DNA of 64,000 nt from Candidatus Versatilivorator sp. (GCA_965207735.1 OZ242296.1:352001-416000), one strand, 5' to 3'. Shown: positions 51,401 through 59,514, counted from the stretch's first letter. Made by a program: numbers and translations. Notes: generated by a model from the sequence alone, not told the origin.

Positions 51401-52305
51401 ACACGACAGCCGAGGTTTCCCTGCTGCAGCGGGATGCGAGAGGCAGGCTGCTCCAACGCCAGGAGATCTCCATTCCCGCACGCGGCCAGTTCCACAGCCC
51501 GGACCTGCATGCCGCCTTTGGGATCGGCAATGTCTCCGGCCCACTGGAGATCCTGTCCACCAATGGGGTGCCGCTGATTGCCACCTCGCGGGTGTATGCG
51601 CTGGATTCGGGGACCAGCGGCTTCTTCCGCGGGCTGGACCTGGAGCGTGCCTCCAGCCGGGCGGCCATTCCCATCAGTCGGGAGAACGAGGAATTTCGCA
51701 GCAACCTGGGGATCACCAACCTTTCCGAGGAGCCGGCTAAGGTGGAGGTGCAACTGTTCGATTCCGCGGGGACCCTTTTGGGGACCTCCAGCGAGCAGGT
51801 GCCGCCGTTCGGTCTGGTCCAGTTGAATCGGGTCAACCGGAGGCTCTCCGGTTCAGGCGGGGCAGAGGCCACCCTGGGATGGATCCAGCTGAGCGCCGAC
51901 CGTCCAGTGGCGGGATTCGTGTCACAAATCAACAACCAGAGCAGCGATCCGGGATTTGCACGGTCGGACGTGCTACCGTCCAGCAGACTGTTGATACCAT
52001 CGGCCACCAACGTCAACCAGTTTCGATCGACGATCACCATCGTCAACGCGGGGAACGGGGAAGAGGCCCGAGTTCGTGTGCTCATCCGTAACCGCCAGGG
52101 GCAGACCATTGGTGAAAGCGAGAGCCGGACCCTGCCCTCCAACGGGATCTTCCATCTGGACGATCTACTGGGGAGCCTGGAGGTGCCCAGCAATTTCGGC
52201 CCGGTGGAAATCGAGTCCTTGAACGGTGTGCACCTGCTGGCCGTGTCCCGGGTCTACAGCATCCATGACGACACCGGAGGCTTCTTCCTGGCGCAGCCGT
52301 TCTAG
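48454..52305 (+). CDS. Large secreted matrixin (M10 metzincin) protease with IPT/TIG and repeated C-terminal beta domains
   Basis: HEVGHLLGLDH and Met-turn ATM; two IPT-like segments; alternating FRTNLG/FRSSLA/FRSNLG/FRSTIT repeats; GTG start inferred from RBS GAGGAG. Confidence 0.85.
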   Translation: MPSNSCRRKTGRKPLKGSAPSGHPRRARKARRLVLLCLLAVVFVWWISRPPALAFVPFLSGAKWKTLPVTYKIHQSGLPSTGNHSEFAAVHAGFDAWENIEDSAITFSYDGTTETSVAALDYTNVVSFQDEIFDFGSAVIAVTLTYYPRRVEDPPILDADIVFNPNLNFSSDGAPGTFDLQSIATHEVGHLLGLDHTAIVSATMNPQAGIGVTIFRVLHTDDRIGCSVLYPTPKFSRSTGELAGRVLFDGAGVYGAHVVALDEEGRAVTSALSGEDGSYRVSGLPPGSYRLYVEPLDGPVLESNIIKPRGSSDFNTRFATTFLGRGPDSQVGESVAVASGATLMGQDISVSPAALPHLNIEDPSLGTRLERGVSESIRVFGDGLGIGSRYFVLGGGMVLESPRSIGGSGAEIEVSVEGRAPLGSRSLFVEKGDVLAALSGGVDVTRPDPELSGITPRSGPRAGGTPVTVTGSNFDREAIVSLDGIPLNDQKWLNARMIQGTTGPNGCGSLNLLAINPDGSSDRLQSVFEAVSPPPTIASLSPGSAEVTSLVTISGRNFDPVAEYNRVGFNNHPAEVISATESRIVTLVPFGATSGPVTVEVCGQIATSSEFTVLPLQPSRNRPQPSFSYLDLSRDPEASRLEFRLDEEDRTPDDSIARIALPFKFTLFTRTFREGSPVNISTNGWISLTPALAGTAEWENGRLPGHRVPGPGDYVGSMPANLIAPFFHDLVVGETDSGVYTRVLGEASNRRLIVEWSNFSAYDDKAENSRPDYTTRLTFQAVLFEGSNDVAFLYRRLQGPLTQGESATVGLQNDGRDRAIQFGFNRPRLSEGKSIFFRFDPEDGSYAFEHFLPLVTDTDEFRTNLGLTADVLSGATVQLTLFDPAGQALGSRTERVPRGGLIQLNHLVRRLLGTGSNEPSNVSGSVLVASDQMVFPYVTQIDNRSSDPSLDLGAMSGGTRLGILSTTSVNQFRSSLAVLNIGDTTAEVSLLQRDARGRLLQRQEISIPARGQFHSPDLHAAFGIGNVSGPLEILSTNGVPLIATSRVYALDSGTSGFFRGLDLERASSRAAIPISRENEEFRSNLGITNLSEEPAKVEVQLFDSAGTLLGTSSEQVPPFGLVQLNRVNRRLSGSGGAEATLGWIQLSADRPVAGFVSQINNQSSDPGFARSDVLPSSRLLIPSATNVNQFRSTITIVNAGNGEEARVRVLIRNRQGQTIGESESRTLPSNGIFHLDDLLGSLEVPSNFGPVEIESLNGVHLLAVSRVYSIHDDTGGFFLAQPF

Positions 52306-52426
52306 TGAATAGTGGATAGTTTTTTGATCGATGCGTTAAGCTGCTTGTCGATTTCTGATTGTTTCACTCTCGAATGATCCGCACGGCGGGGCGGGGGCCC
52401 GGCTGACCACTGACCACTAGTCACTC
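52302..52426. repeat. Heptamer-armed element containing an IS110-cassette left end and a gene-tail remnant
   Basis: AGTGAATAGTGGATAGT ... GTTTCACTCTCGAATGATCCGC-hairpin-CT ... GACCACTGACCACTAGTCACT. Confidence 0.75.
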
Positions 52427-52463
52427 GTTTTTAAACCGGGTGTTCCGGACAAGAGGGAATCGT

Positions 52464-53228
52464 ATGACTGAACCGACCTTTTATTCCTTGGCCGACAAGG
52501 TGGCTATCGTCACCGGCGCCGCCACCGGCATCGGCGCCGCTATTGCCGAGAGGTTTCTCAAGGCGGGAGCCCTGGTCGTATTCGCCGACATTGACGCCGG
52601 TGGGGCCCGGGAACGGGCCGGCCAGTTGGACGGCTCCGGGGAGCGCAGCCTGGTGGTGCCGGTGGACCTGACTCAGGCCTCCGAGGTCGCCGGCCTGGTC
52701 GAACGGGTCCTGGGCAGGTTCGGCACGGTTGACATCCTGGTGAACAATGCCGGCATCGCCGGCCCCACCAAGCCCCTGGTGGAGGTATCGGAGGAAGAGT
52801 GGGAGCAGGTGATGGCCGTTAACCTCAGGGGTGTGTTTCTCTGCTGCAAGGCAGTGCTTCCGACGATGTTGGAGAATCAGTCCGGCCGGATCGTCAACGT
52901 GGCCTCCATTGCCGGCAAGGAGGGGAATCCCAACTTGGCGCCCTACTCGACCACCAAGGCCGGGGTGATCTGCCTGACCAAGGCCCTGGCCAAGGAGGTC
53001 TGTCAGCAAGGCGTCTACGTAAATTGCGTGACGCCCGCGGTGATCGATACGCCCATTCTGCGCCAGGTGGGTCAGGAAACCATCGACTACATGATCAGCA
53101 AGATTCCCATGGGACGGGTGGGGAAGCCCGAGGAAGTGGCGGCGCTCATCCACTTCCTGGCCAGCGACGAATGCAGTTTCACCAACGGCGCTTGCGTGGA
53201 CATCAGCGGGGCGCGAGCGACCTATTGA
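52464..53228 (+). CDS. SDR-family NAD(P)-dependent oxidoreductase
   Basis: TGAATGIG, NNAG, YSTTK. Confidence 0.93.
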   Translation: MTEPTFYSLADKVAIVTGAATGIGAAIAERFLKAGALVVFADIDAGGARERAGQLDGSGERSLVVPVDLTQASEVAGLVERVLGRFGTVDILVNNAGIAGPTKPLVEVSEEEWEQVMAVNLRGVFLCCKAVLPTMLENQSGRIVNVASIAGKEGNPNLAPYSTTKAGVICLTKALAKEVCQQGVYVNCVTPAVIDTPILRQVGQETIDYMISKIPMGRVGKPEEVAALIHFLASDECSFTNGACVDISGARATY

Positions 53229-53266
53229 CCGTGGGTCCGGCGATGCCCGCCGGGCGGAGGAAGCTC

Positions 53267-54046
53267 ATGAACCAGGCACCCTTTATTCCCGGGAGGCTGA
53301 GTGATTCCAAGTTGAGGCGGTTTGCCGCCGACGGTTTCCTGGTCTGCGGGGCCACGCTGTCGGCCTCGGGATTGGAGCAGGTCCGACAGGAGTGCATGGC
53401 GGCCTGGAACAGGGAGAAAGGCGCATTCGACCCCGACAAGACCTGGTTGGAGAATGCCCTCTTGCCCAATATCCACCATCGTTCGGACATGGTGCGCCAA
53501 TTTTACTTTGCCGGACCTCTGGTGGACGTGGCCGAGCAGATCATCGGGCCCAACCTCAAGGCGGCGACCAGTCAGCTCACCTTCAAGACCAGGAACAACC
53601 GCATGGTGTTCCCCTGGCACCAGGACAACGGGTACGGAGAGCTGGAGCCCTATAACGCCCTTTCCTGCCTGACCGCTCTGGACGACATCAACCTGGAAAA
53701 CGGCTGCCTGTGGGTTATTCCCGGAAGCAACCGGACCGGACAGAAGGCCCATGCGCAGGGCAAGGCCGCGGCCGACGCCAGGCACGGGACCGAGTTGATG
53801 GCCGGGGCCGACGAGTCCAAGGCCGTGCCGGTTCCCATGAAAGCCGGGGAGTCGCTGGTCATGAGCTGCTGGACATTGCACAAGTCGGGGCCCAATCGCT
53901 CGGGCCGAGACCGGCGCATCCTGTTCTTCCGCTACGCCGATGCCGATGCGGTAGAGGTTTATAACCAGCGCCGCCCCCGGTTGGGGAGACTGCTGAGAGG
54001 CCGGACCCGATTCGAGGAGGTTCGCCGGTTTGAGGCGGACCTCTAG
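53267..54046 (+). CDS. PhyH-family 2OG/Fe(II) dioxygenase
   Basis: PWHQD, ENGCLWVIPGS, LHKSGPN..R; RBS GGAGG. Confidence 0.9.
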   Translation: MNQAPFIPGRLSDSKLRRFAADGFLVCGATLSASGLEQVRQECMAAWNREKGAFDPDKTWLENALLPNIHHRSDMVRQFYFAGPLVDVAEQIIGPNLKAATSQLTFKTRNNRMVFPWHQDNGYGELEPYNALSCLTALDDINLENGCLWVIPGSNRTGQKAHAQGKAAADARHGTELMAGADESKAVPVPMKAGESLVMSCWTLHKSGPNRSGRDRRILFFRYADADAVEVYNQRRPRLGRLLRGRTRFEEVRRFEADL

Positions 54047-54292
54047 CCCGCATTTCTCGCCAGGTCGCTGGTGCCATGACGAAAAGTAGTTCATCTTCAT
54101 CAGTACTTTGATTGGCTCCATGGTAAGGGCTTGCGGGCAACAGACTGCGCTGGGCATGCCCTGGCTTGTCTTTTTCCATTCAGCGTGCACATGCTCCCTC
54201 GCGCGTAGTGACCGCTACGCTCTTCGGTCGCGAGCACGCGCTGAAGGGAAAAATCCTGCGCCATGATCATGCCCCCTGGTGAGAAATGCGGG
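54047..54292. mobile_element. 246-bp MITE flanked by CTAG
   Basis: TIR CCCGCATTTCTCGCCAGG / CCTGGTGAGAAATGCGGG (17/18); CTAG at 54043-54046 and 54293-54296. Confidence 0.85.
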
Positions 54293-54421
54293 CTAGGGCG
54301 GGAAAGTCTCGGAGCAAGAAGCAAAAAAGAGACCAGAGCGATCCAAGAAGGACGACGAAGGGCCACTAGGGGGTTGGAAAAGGCTCAATAGTCGGCAAGG
54401 CCGAAAGGAGGCCATGGCTCG

Positions 54422-55036
54422 ATGGAATCTCGATTCAACAAACCCAGGGTGGCCATCAATCGGGTCTACACCCGGATGGGCGACTCCGGGGAGACCAAGC
54501 TGGCTGGAGGACAAAAGGTGTCCAAGGGGTCCTTGCGCCTGGAGGCCTACGGCACGGTGGATGAGCTCAACGGATTCGTCGGAATGGCCTGTCAGACGGC
54601 TCGAGATCAGGTGGAGCGAAACCCGGAGTTGCAGGCTATGGTGACCTGCCTGGTCCGGGTGCAGCACGAGCTCTTCAACCTGGGAGCAACGCTTGCCACC
54701 TTGCCCGAGGATATTCATCCCCGCCAGCCACAGGTGACCGAGCGGGATATCCAGCGGCTGGAACAGGAGATCGACCGCGCCAATCAGGTCCTGGAGCCCT
54801 TGCGCTCCTTTGTCCTGCCGGGAGGCAATCGACTCAACCTGGAGCTTCACCTCTGCCGCACCATATGCCGGCGCGCCGAACGGCACTGTGTCCGGCTCGG
54901 CGAGGAGGAAGCCATCCCTGAGGCGGCCGTTCAGTACCTCAACCGGCTGGGAGATGCGCTCTTCGTGTGGAGCCGTTGGGTCAGCCACCTGATTGGGACC
55001 CCGGAAACCCTGTGGGATCCCAATCTGGCGGGCTGA
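54422..55036 (+). CDS. PduO-type cob(I)alamin adenosyltransferase
   Basis: VYTRMGDSGET, AYGTVDELN, FVLPGG, RTICRRAER, YLNRL. Confidence 0.93.
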   Translation: MESRFNKPRVAINRVYTRMGDSGETKLAGGQKVSKGSLRLEAYGTVDELNGFVGMACQTARDQVERNPELQAMVTCLVRVQHELFNLGATLATLPEDIHPRQPQVTERDIQRLEQEIDRANQVLEPLRSFVLPGGNRLNLELHLCRTICRRAERHCVRLGEEEAIPEAAVQYLNRLGDALFVWSRWVSHLIGTPETLWDPNLAG

Positions 55037-55060
55037 GCTTGCCTGAAACAACCCCGCAGT

Positions 55061-56467
55061 TCAAGCGGCTGCGATTTGTGGAACGAGGTTGAAACCAAGA
55101 GACTTAGCGGCATCTTTGAGGCCCGCGAGGCGTCGTCGCCGGAACCGGTCCTCGTAGCACGCTTCCCCGATGTCGATGTAGTCCTGGCCGTAGCGCAGCA
55201 TGCGGTAGACGAGAACGGCCAGCCGGCGAGCCATGGAGAAGACGGCGACACTCCATCCCTTGTGGCGGGCCTTGCGACGGAAGGCGGCCCCCAGAGCGGT
55301 CTTGGAGTGCTTCAGAGAGACGGCTGCCATGCGCAGGACGGCGGCGGCGCGAGTAGACCCGGTGCTGTTGGCCTTCTTGTAGTGGAGCGGCTTGCCTGCG
55401 GAGACGGCCGTTTTTGGAGCCAGGCGCAGCCAGGATACAAAGTGCTTCTCCGAGGGGAAGGCCGTCAGGTCGAGGCCGGCCTCAGTCAGCAGGGTCAGGG
55501 CCGCTTCGGTGCCGATGCCGTCGATACGCGTCAGATCGACTCCGGCAAAGCGCCACAGTTCGGTGCGCAGGTGGTGCCCACCGCGGCGGCGAATCGCCTT
55601 TTCCTTGATCGCATTGGGATGCTTCGGCACGGGCTGGTCGTGGCGCTCCACCGGTTGCAGCGCCTGGATTTCCTCCAGGATGCGGGCCTCATAGGCCGCA
55701 ATCTCGCGTTGAGTCATGTCGTAGAGCTTCAGCGCCGACTTGAGGTTGAACAGATGCTCTTCTCGCCAGTTGCCTCTGAGGTGCTCGGCAAACTCCCGGC
55801 TGGACTTCTTGCACCGTCGGTCCCGCAGACCCGCCAGACGGACCGGGTCCCGTTCGCCGTCGACAATCGCCCGCACGATCGCCATCCCCGTCTGACCGGT
55901 CAGATCGGTGACCGCACGATGGATCTGGACGTTCATCTGATCCAGCGCCTTCTGCATCCACTGCACAAAGCGGGTACTCTCGGCCCCCAGAGTGCTCAGT
56001 TGCCGGTGCAGGGTCCGAACCCGGACGATCGCCTCGTGCGGACGGAAGGATCCCCGCAGCAAGCCGCAACTGTGCAGCAACTGGATCCACTGGCAGTCCC
56101 GCATGTCGGTCTTGCGGCCCGGAACGTAGCGCAACTGCCGGGCGTTGACCAGCAAGACCTCGATGCCGCAGGACTCCAGCAGTTCGTAGAGGGGAATCCA
56201 ATACACGTTGGTGCTCTCCATCGCCACCGACTCCACCCCTTGCTCCAGCAACCAGTCGGCCAGTTGCTGCAACTGCTCCATGGTGGTGCCGAAGGTGCGC
56301 ACGTTCGGCTTCCCTGGGGTCACCTCCGGAGCGCACACCCAGTGCTCCCGACTCCCCAGGTCGATCCCTGCCACCTCGGGGTGGATCCGCGACAAGGCTG
56401 TCGAACGGCTGCGCTTCTTCTTCGGGGTCTTCTTCGCCTTCGTGTTGACTTTCCTGCTCTTTTGCAT
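55061..56467 (-). CDS. IS110-family DEDD recombinase/transposase
   Basis: GIDLG, AMEST, KTDMRD, WLRLAPKTAVSAGK (catalytic Ser); RBS GGAGG. Confidence 0.95.
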   Translation of the reverse strand: MQKSRKVNTKAKKTPKKKRSRSTALSRIHPEVAGIDLGSREHWVCAPEVTPGKPNVRTFGTTMEQLQQLADWLLEQGVESVAMESTNVYWIPLYELLESCGIEVLLVNARQLRYVPGRKTDMRDCQWIQLLHSCGLLRGSFRPHEAIVRVRTLHRQLSTLGAESTRFVQWMQKALDQMNVQIHRAVTDLTGQTGMAIVRAIVDGERDPVRLAGLRDRRCKKSSREFAEHLRGNWREEHLFNLKSALKLYDMTQREIAAYEARILEEIQALQPVERHDQPVPKHPNAIKEKAIRRRGGHHLRTELWRFAGVDLTRIDGIGTEAALTLLTEAGLDLTAFPSEKHFVSWLRLAPKTAVSAGKPLHYKKANSTGSTRAAAVLRMAAVSLKHSKTALGAAFRRKARHKGWSVAVFSMARRLAVLVYRMLRYGQDYIDIGEACYEDRFRRRRLAGLKDAAKSLGFNLVPQIAAA

Positions 56468-56481
56468 GAGATTGGCCTCCT

Positions 56482-56650
56482 CCAGGGCGAGGGCTCCGGC
56501 CCGAGTTGGCGTGGTCGTTCGGATTCTTGCCTTGAGGAGAGCTTCCCGGGAAGCCTCACTAATGAATGATGACCTGCTCGGACCCAGACTTGTCTTGGGG
56601 CACGGGGCACCAATGCTGGAACGGGGCGTAGCTGCCGGAGTCTCGCCAGG
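56482..56650 (-). ncRNA. Candidate bridge/seek RNA
   Basis: Enclosing stems GGCGAG/CTCGCC and CTCCGGC/GCCGGAG; two similar modules CATT-hairpin-CAAGRCAAG whose variable bases match the element and target junctions. Confidence 0.7.
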
Positions 56651-57327
56651 TGCTTATTCTTTCACAATGATCCGTTGTTTCACCCTCGAATGATCCGCCC
56701 GTCGTGGGGGGCGGGGGCGGGACTTGTCTGAAACAACCGAAAAACGACAAGAGACAAACGAAAAAGACTTATCCACGAAGGGGCGCGAAGAACGACGAAG
56801 GGGCACGAAGGCGCTGAGGTTAACCGCGACGGGATACAAGTTCGCGAAAGGATTGTCGATTTCTGATTGTTTCACTCTCGAATGATCCGCCCGGCAGGGC
56901 GGGGGCGGGACTTGCCTGAAACAACCGACAAAAGACAAAAGAAAAAAGAAATCCACGACGGGGCACGAAGAACGACGAAGGGCCACTAAGGCGTTGAGGT
57001 TAACCGCGACGGGGTACCAAGTTCGCGAAAGGATTGTCGATTTCTGATTGTTTCACTCTCGAATGATCCGCCCGGCACGGCGGGGGCCCGGCTTGTCTGA
57101 AACAACCGAAAAAAGACAAAAGAAAAAAACTTATCCACGAAGGGGCACGAAGAACGACGAAGGGCCACTAAGGCGCTGAGGTAAAACGCGACGGGATACC
57201 AAGTTCGCGAAAGGATTGTCGATTTCTGATTGTTTCACTCTCGAATGATCCGCACGGCAGGGCGGGGGCCCGGCTTGTCTGAAACAACCGACAAAAGACA
57301 AAGAAAAGACTTATCCACGAAGGGGCA

Positions 57328-59322
57328 GTGCGCCGTGGAAAGGCGCCTTCTTCTGGCGGGTGCGAACCCCGCCCAACAACTGTCGCTCCGGTTGGTAGCA
57401 GCCAGGGCGGATCATGGAGGTAACGAAATGGTCTGAAGCACTCTGGGGTCAAGGGCCGCCAAGGGCGGCTCAGCGAGCATGCGGGCCGGAACGCGAGTGA
57501 ACGTCGAGCAGGCCTCGAAACGGACAATACGGAAGCCGACCCTCCTGTCTTTAGGGGAAGGCCGTTGGCGGATGGGGAAGAGAGCGACGCGGGCACCGAT
57601 CCGCTTCCGTCGGGGTAGTGACGCTGGCACGCATGGAAGGGGAAGAAGGCAGCAACACGGGAAGCCCTGGGGGAGATGCGGCACACATCAACCGGGACCC
57701 CGCGAGGGGCAGGCCGGGCCGTCAGGGTGGCGGATGGGTCGGTAGTACCGGAGAAGCCGGGTAACGCCGGTGGAGGGAAGGGACCCTGAGTTGAGAGCAG
57801 CATGGAAAGGAGGCAAGGCGTGGCCACTGACAAGAGTCTAACAGGGTCAGAGGGGGTTCGGAAATTCCAGACCATGCTACATGCGAAAGCGAAGGAGGAC
57901 CCCAAGCGGCGGTTTCATGCGCTGTCGGACAAGGTGTGGCGAGAGGACTTTCTGAAGGAAGCCTGGGCACAGGTACGCCGAAACGGCGGGTCGGCCGGGG
58001 TGGACGGGGAGGGCTTCAAGGACATCGAGGCGTATGGGGTGGAGGGCTGGCTGGGGGAACTGGCGCGGGACCTGAGGGAAGGAACCTACGTACCGAAGCC
58101 GGTGCGGCAGGTGCTGATCCCGAAGAAACAGCCCGGCAAGTTCCGGCCTTTGGGCATACCCTGCATACGGGACCGGGTAGCGCAGACGGCGGCTTTGCTG
58201 GTGTTGGAGCCGATCTTCGAAGCGGACCTGCAACCGGAGCAATATGGCTATCGGCGGGGGCGGAGTGCCAACGACGCGGTCAAACGCGTGCATGAACTCC
58301 TGCAAAGGGGTTACCAGGAGGTGGTTGACGGCGACCTGTCCAACTACTTCGGCGAGATTCCGCATGCGGAGCTGATTCGAAGCATTGCCCGGCGCGTGAG
58401 TGACGGGAGGATGCTCAAGCTCATCAAGGCATGGCTGGAGATGCCGGTGGAGGAGGACGACGGGAAGGGTGGCAGACGCCGCCGGAACCGAGGGCGCCGG
58501 GAGCGGAAGGGGACACCGCAAGGAGCCCCGATCTCACCGTTGCTCAGCAATCTCTACATGCGGCGCTTCGTTTTGGGCTGGAAGGTGCTGGGATATGCCC
58601 GGCGCTTCTGTGCGGAGATCGTCAACTATGCGGATGACTTCCGTGTACTCGGCAGGGCACCGGCGGCAGAGATGCTGACGGCGGTCAAGCGGATCATGGA
58701 GGAGCTGAAGCTACCGGTCAACGAGCGGAAGACCCGATGCTTGCGGTGTCCGGAGGAACCGATGGGGTTTCTGGGATATCGCATCGGACGCAACTATCGC
58801 CCCAAAGGGAAAGGAGCCTACATCGGCACACGACCCAGCCAGGCGAGCGTCCAGAGCATCTGCCGCAAGATCAGCGAGTGGACGGCGCCGAGGAACGGGA
58901 CGCTGCTTCGAGGACAGATGGTAGAACACCTGAACCGGGCGATGACCGGGTGGGCGAACTACTTCGTTCTGGGGCAGGTGAGCCCGGCCTACCGAGCGAT
59001 CGACCGCCACGCGGGCGGGCGGCTGCGTCAGTGGCTCTGTCGGAAGCACAAGGTGAGGACCGGGGGGAGTGTGCGCTTCTCGGACGAGAGACTATGGAAA
59101 ACCTATGGACTCACTTGCCTGGGGTCGAAGCCACAGAGCCTTCCGAGGGCGAAGGCATGATCTTGACTGAAAGCCGGATGCGGGAAAACCGCACGTCCGG
59201 TTTGACGAGCGGGGGCGAGGAAACGCAGCGAGGAACGAGATTGAGGCACCGGCGAGTGGCGAAAGCCGCCGGCAACAGCGACTCCCTCGATCTAAGGCCG
59301 GCGCGCCTCCCCTCGACTCTAC
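57328..59322 (+). mobile_element. Group II intron (1995 nt)
   Basis: 5' GTGCG; domain V GAAAGCCGGATGCGGGAAAACCGCACGTCCGGTTT near 59169-59203; 3' CTCTAC; removal restores GGGGCA|CGAAGAAC as in units 2 and 3. Confidence 0.95.
57802..59160 (+). CDS. ltrA: Group II intron reverse transcriptase/maturase, no endonuclease domain
   Basis: RPLGIP..RDR, GTPQGAPISPLL, YADD, GWANYF; ends without an HNH domain. Confidence 0.95.
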   Translation: MERRQGVATDKSLTGSEGVRKFQTMLHAKAKEDPKRRFHALSDKVWREDFLKEAWAQVRRNGGSAGVDGEGFKDIEAYGVEGWLGELARDLREGTYVPKPVRQVLIPKKQPGKFRPLGIPCIRDRVAQTAALLVLEPIFEADLQPEQYGYRRGRSANDAVKRVHELLQRGYQEVVDGDLSNYFGEIPHAELIRSIARRVSDGRMLKLIKAWLEMPVEEDDGKGGRRRRNRGRRERKGTPQGAPISPLLSNLYMRRFVLGWKVLGYARRFCAEIVNYADDFRVLGRAPAAEMLTAVKRIMEELKLPVNERKTRCLRCPEEPMGFLGYRIGRNYRPKGKGAYIGTRPSQASVQSICRKISEWTAPRNGTLLRGQMVEHLNRAMTGWANYFVLGQVSPAYRAIDRHAGGRLRQWLCRKHKVRTGGSVRFSDERLWKTYGLTCLGSKPQSLPRAKA

Positions 59323-59514
59323 CGAAGAACGACGAAGGGACACTAAGGCGCTGAGGTTAACCGCGACGGGATACCAAGTTCGCGAAAGAATTGTCGATTT
59401 CCGATTGTTTCACCCTCGGATGATCTGCCCGACAGGGCAGGGGCTCGGCTTGCCTGAAACAAACCTGTTTCGCCCCTTATGAGCCGCCTCGTCGTATGGG
59501 ACGGCGGCGCAACT

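Larger units (their letters stand above)
55038..56724 (-). mobile_element. IS110-family element bounded by AG/CT cores (alternative inner left end at 56685-56686)
   Basis: Minus strand right end GTTGTTTC-AGGCA-AG; left end AG-hairpin-GATCATTCG-AG-GGT-GAAACAAC; sub-terminal inverted repeat GAAACAAC/GTTGTTTC. Confidence 0.85.
56723..59514 (-). repeat. Tandem array of IS110-ended cassettes: 188, 181, 182, 180 (intron-split) and 64 bp
   Basis: Unit starts (CT) at 56723, 56911, 57092, 57274 and 59449; each reads CT-TGYCTGAAACAA...GTTTC..ATGA-hairpin. Confidence 0.92.

Noticed and set aside
54100-54366. 88-aa ORF
   Set aside because: Crosses the MITE boundary and has no recognisable features
56700-56745. 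Junction promoter formed across the IS110 core
   Set aside because: TTGTTT is -35-like on the minus strand, but the matching -10 position is all G/C
56769-57319. DnaA boxes / oriC (TTATCCACG)
   Set aside because: One mismatch from TTATCCACA, always part of the mobile decamer repeat, and no dnaA or unwinding-element context
57405-57415. 11-nt complement (GGGCGGATCAT) of the cassette motif inside the intron
   Set aside because: It pairs locally with ATGGTCT in a domain I stem, and one such match is plausible by chance
56559-57436. Repeated small ORFs (MALRRSSCP...) in the array
   Set aside because: Unit lengths of 188, 181, 182 and 180 bp shift frame, there is no RBS, and composition is low-complexity
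57802-59160. Retron, DGR or other novel RT class
   Set aside because: GTGCG start, domains V and VI, AC end, a maturase domain and precise exon rejoining identify a group II intron; no template/variable repeat pair seen
56723-59514. CRISPR array
   Set aside because: Units are about 181 bp and similar along their whole length, with no unique spacers and no cas genes in the window
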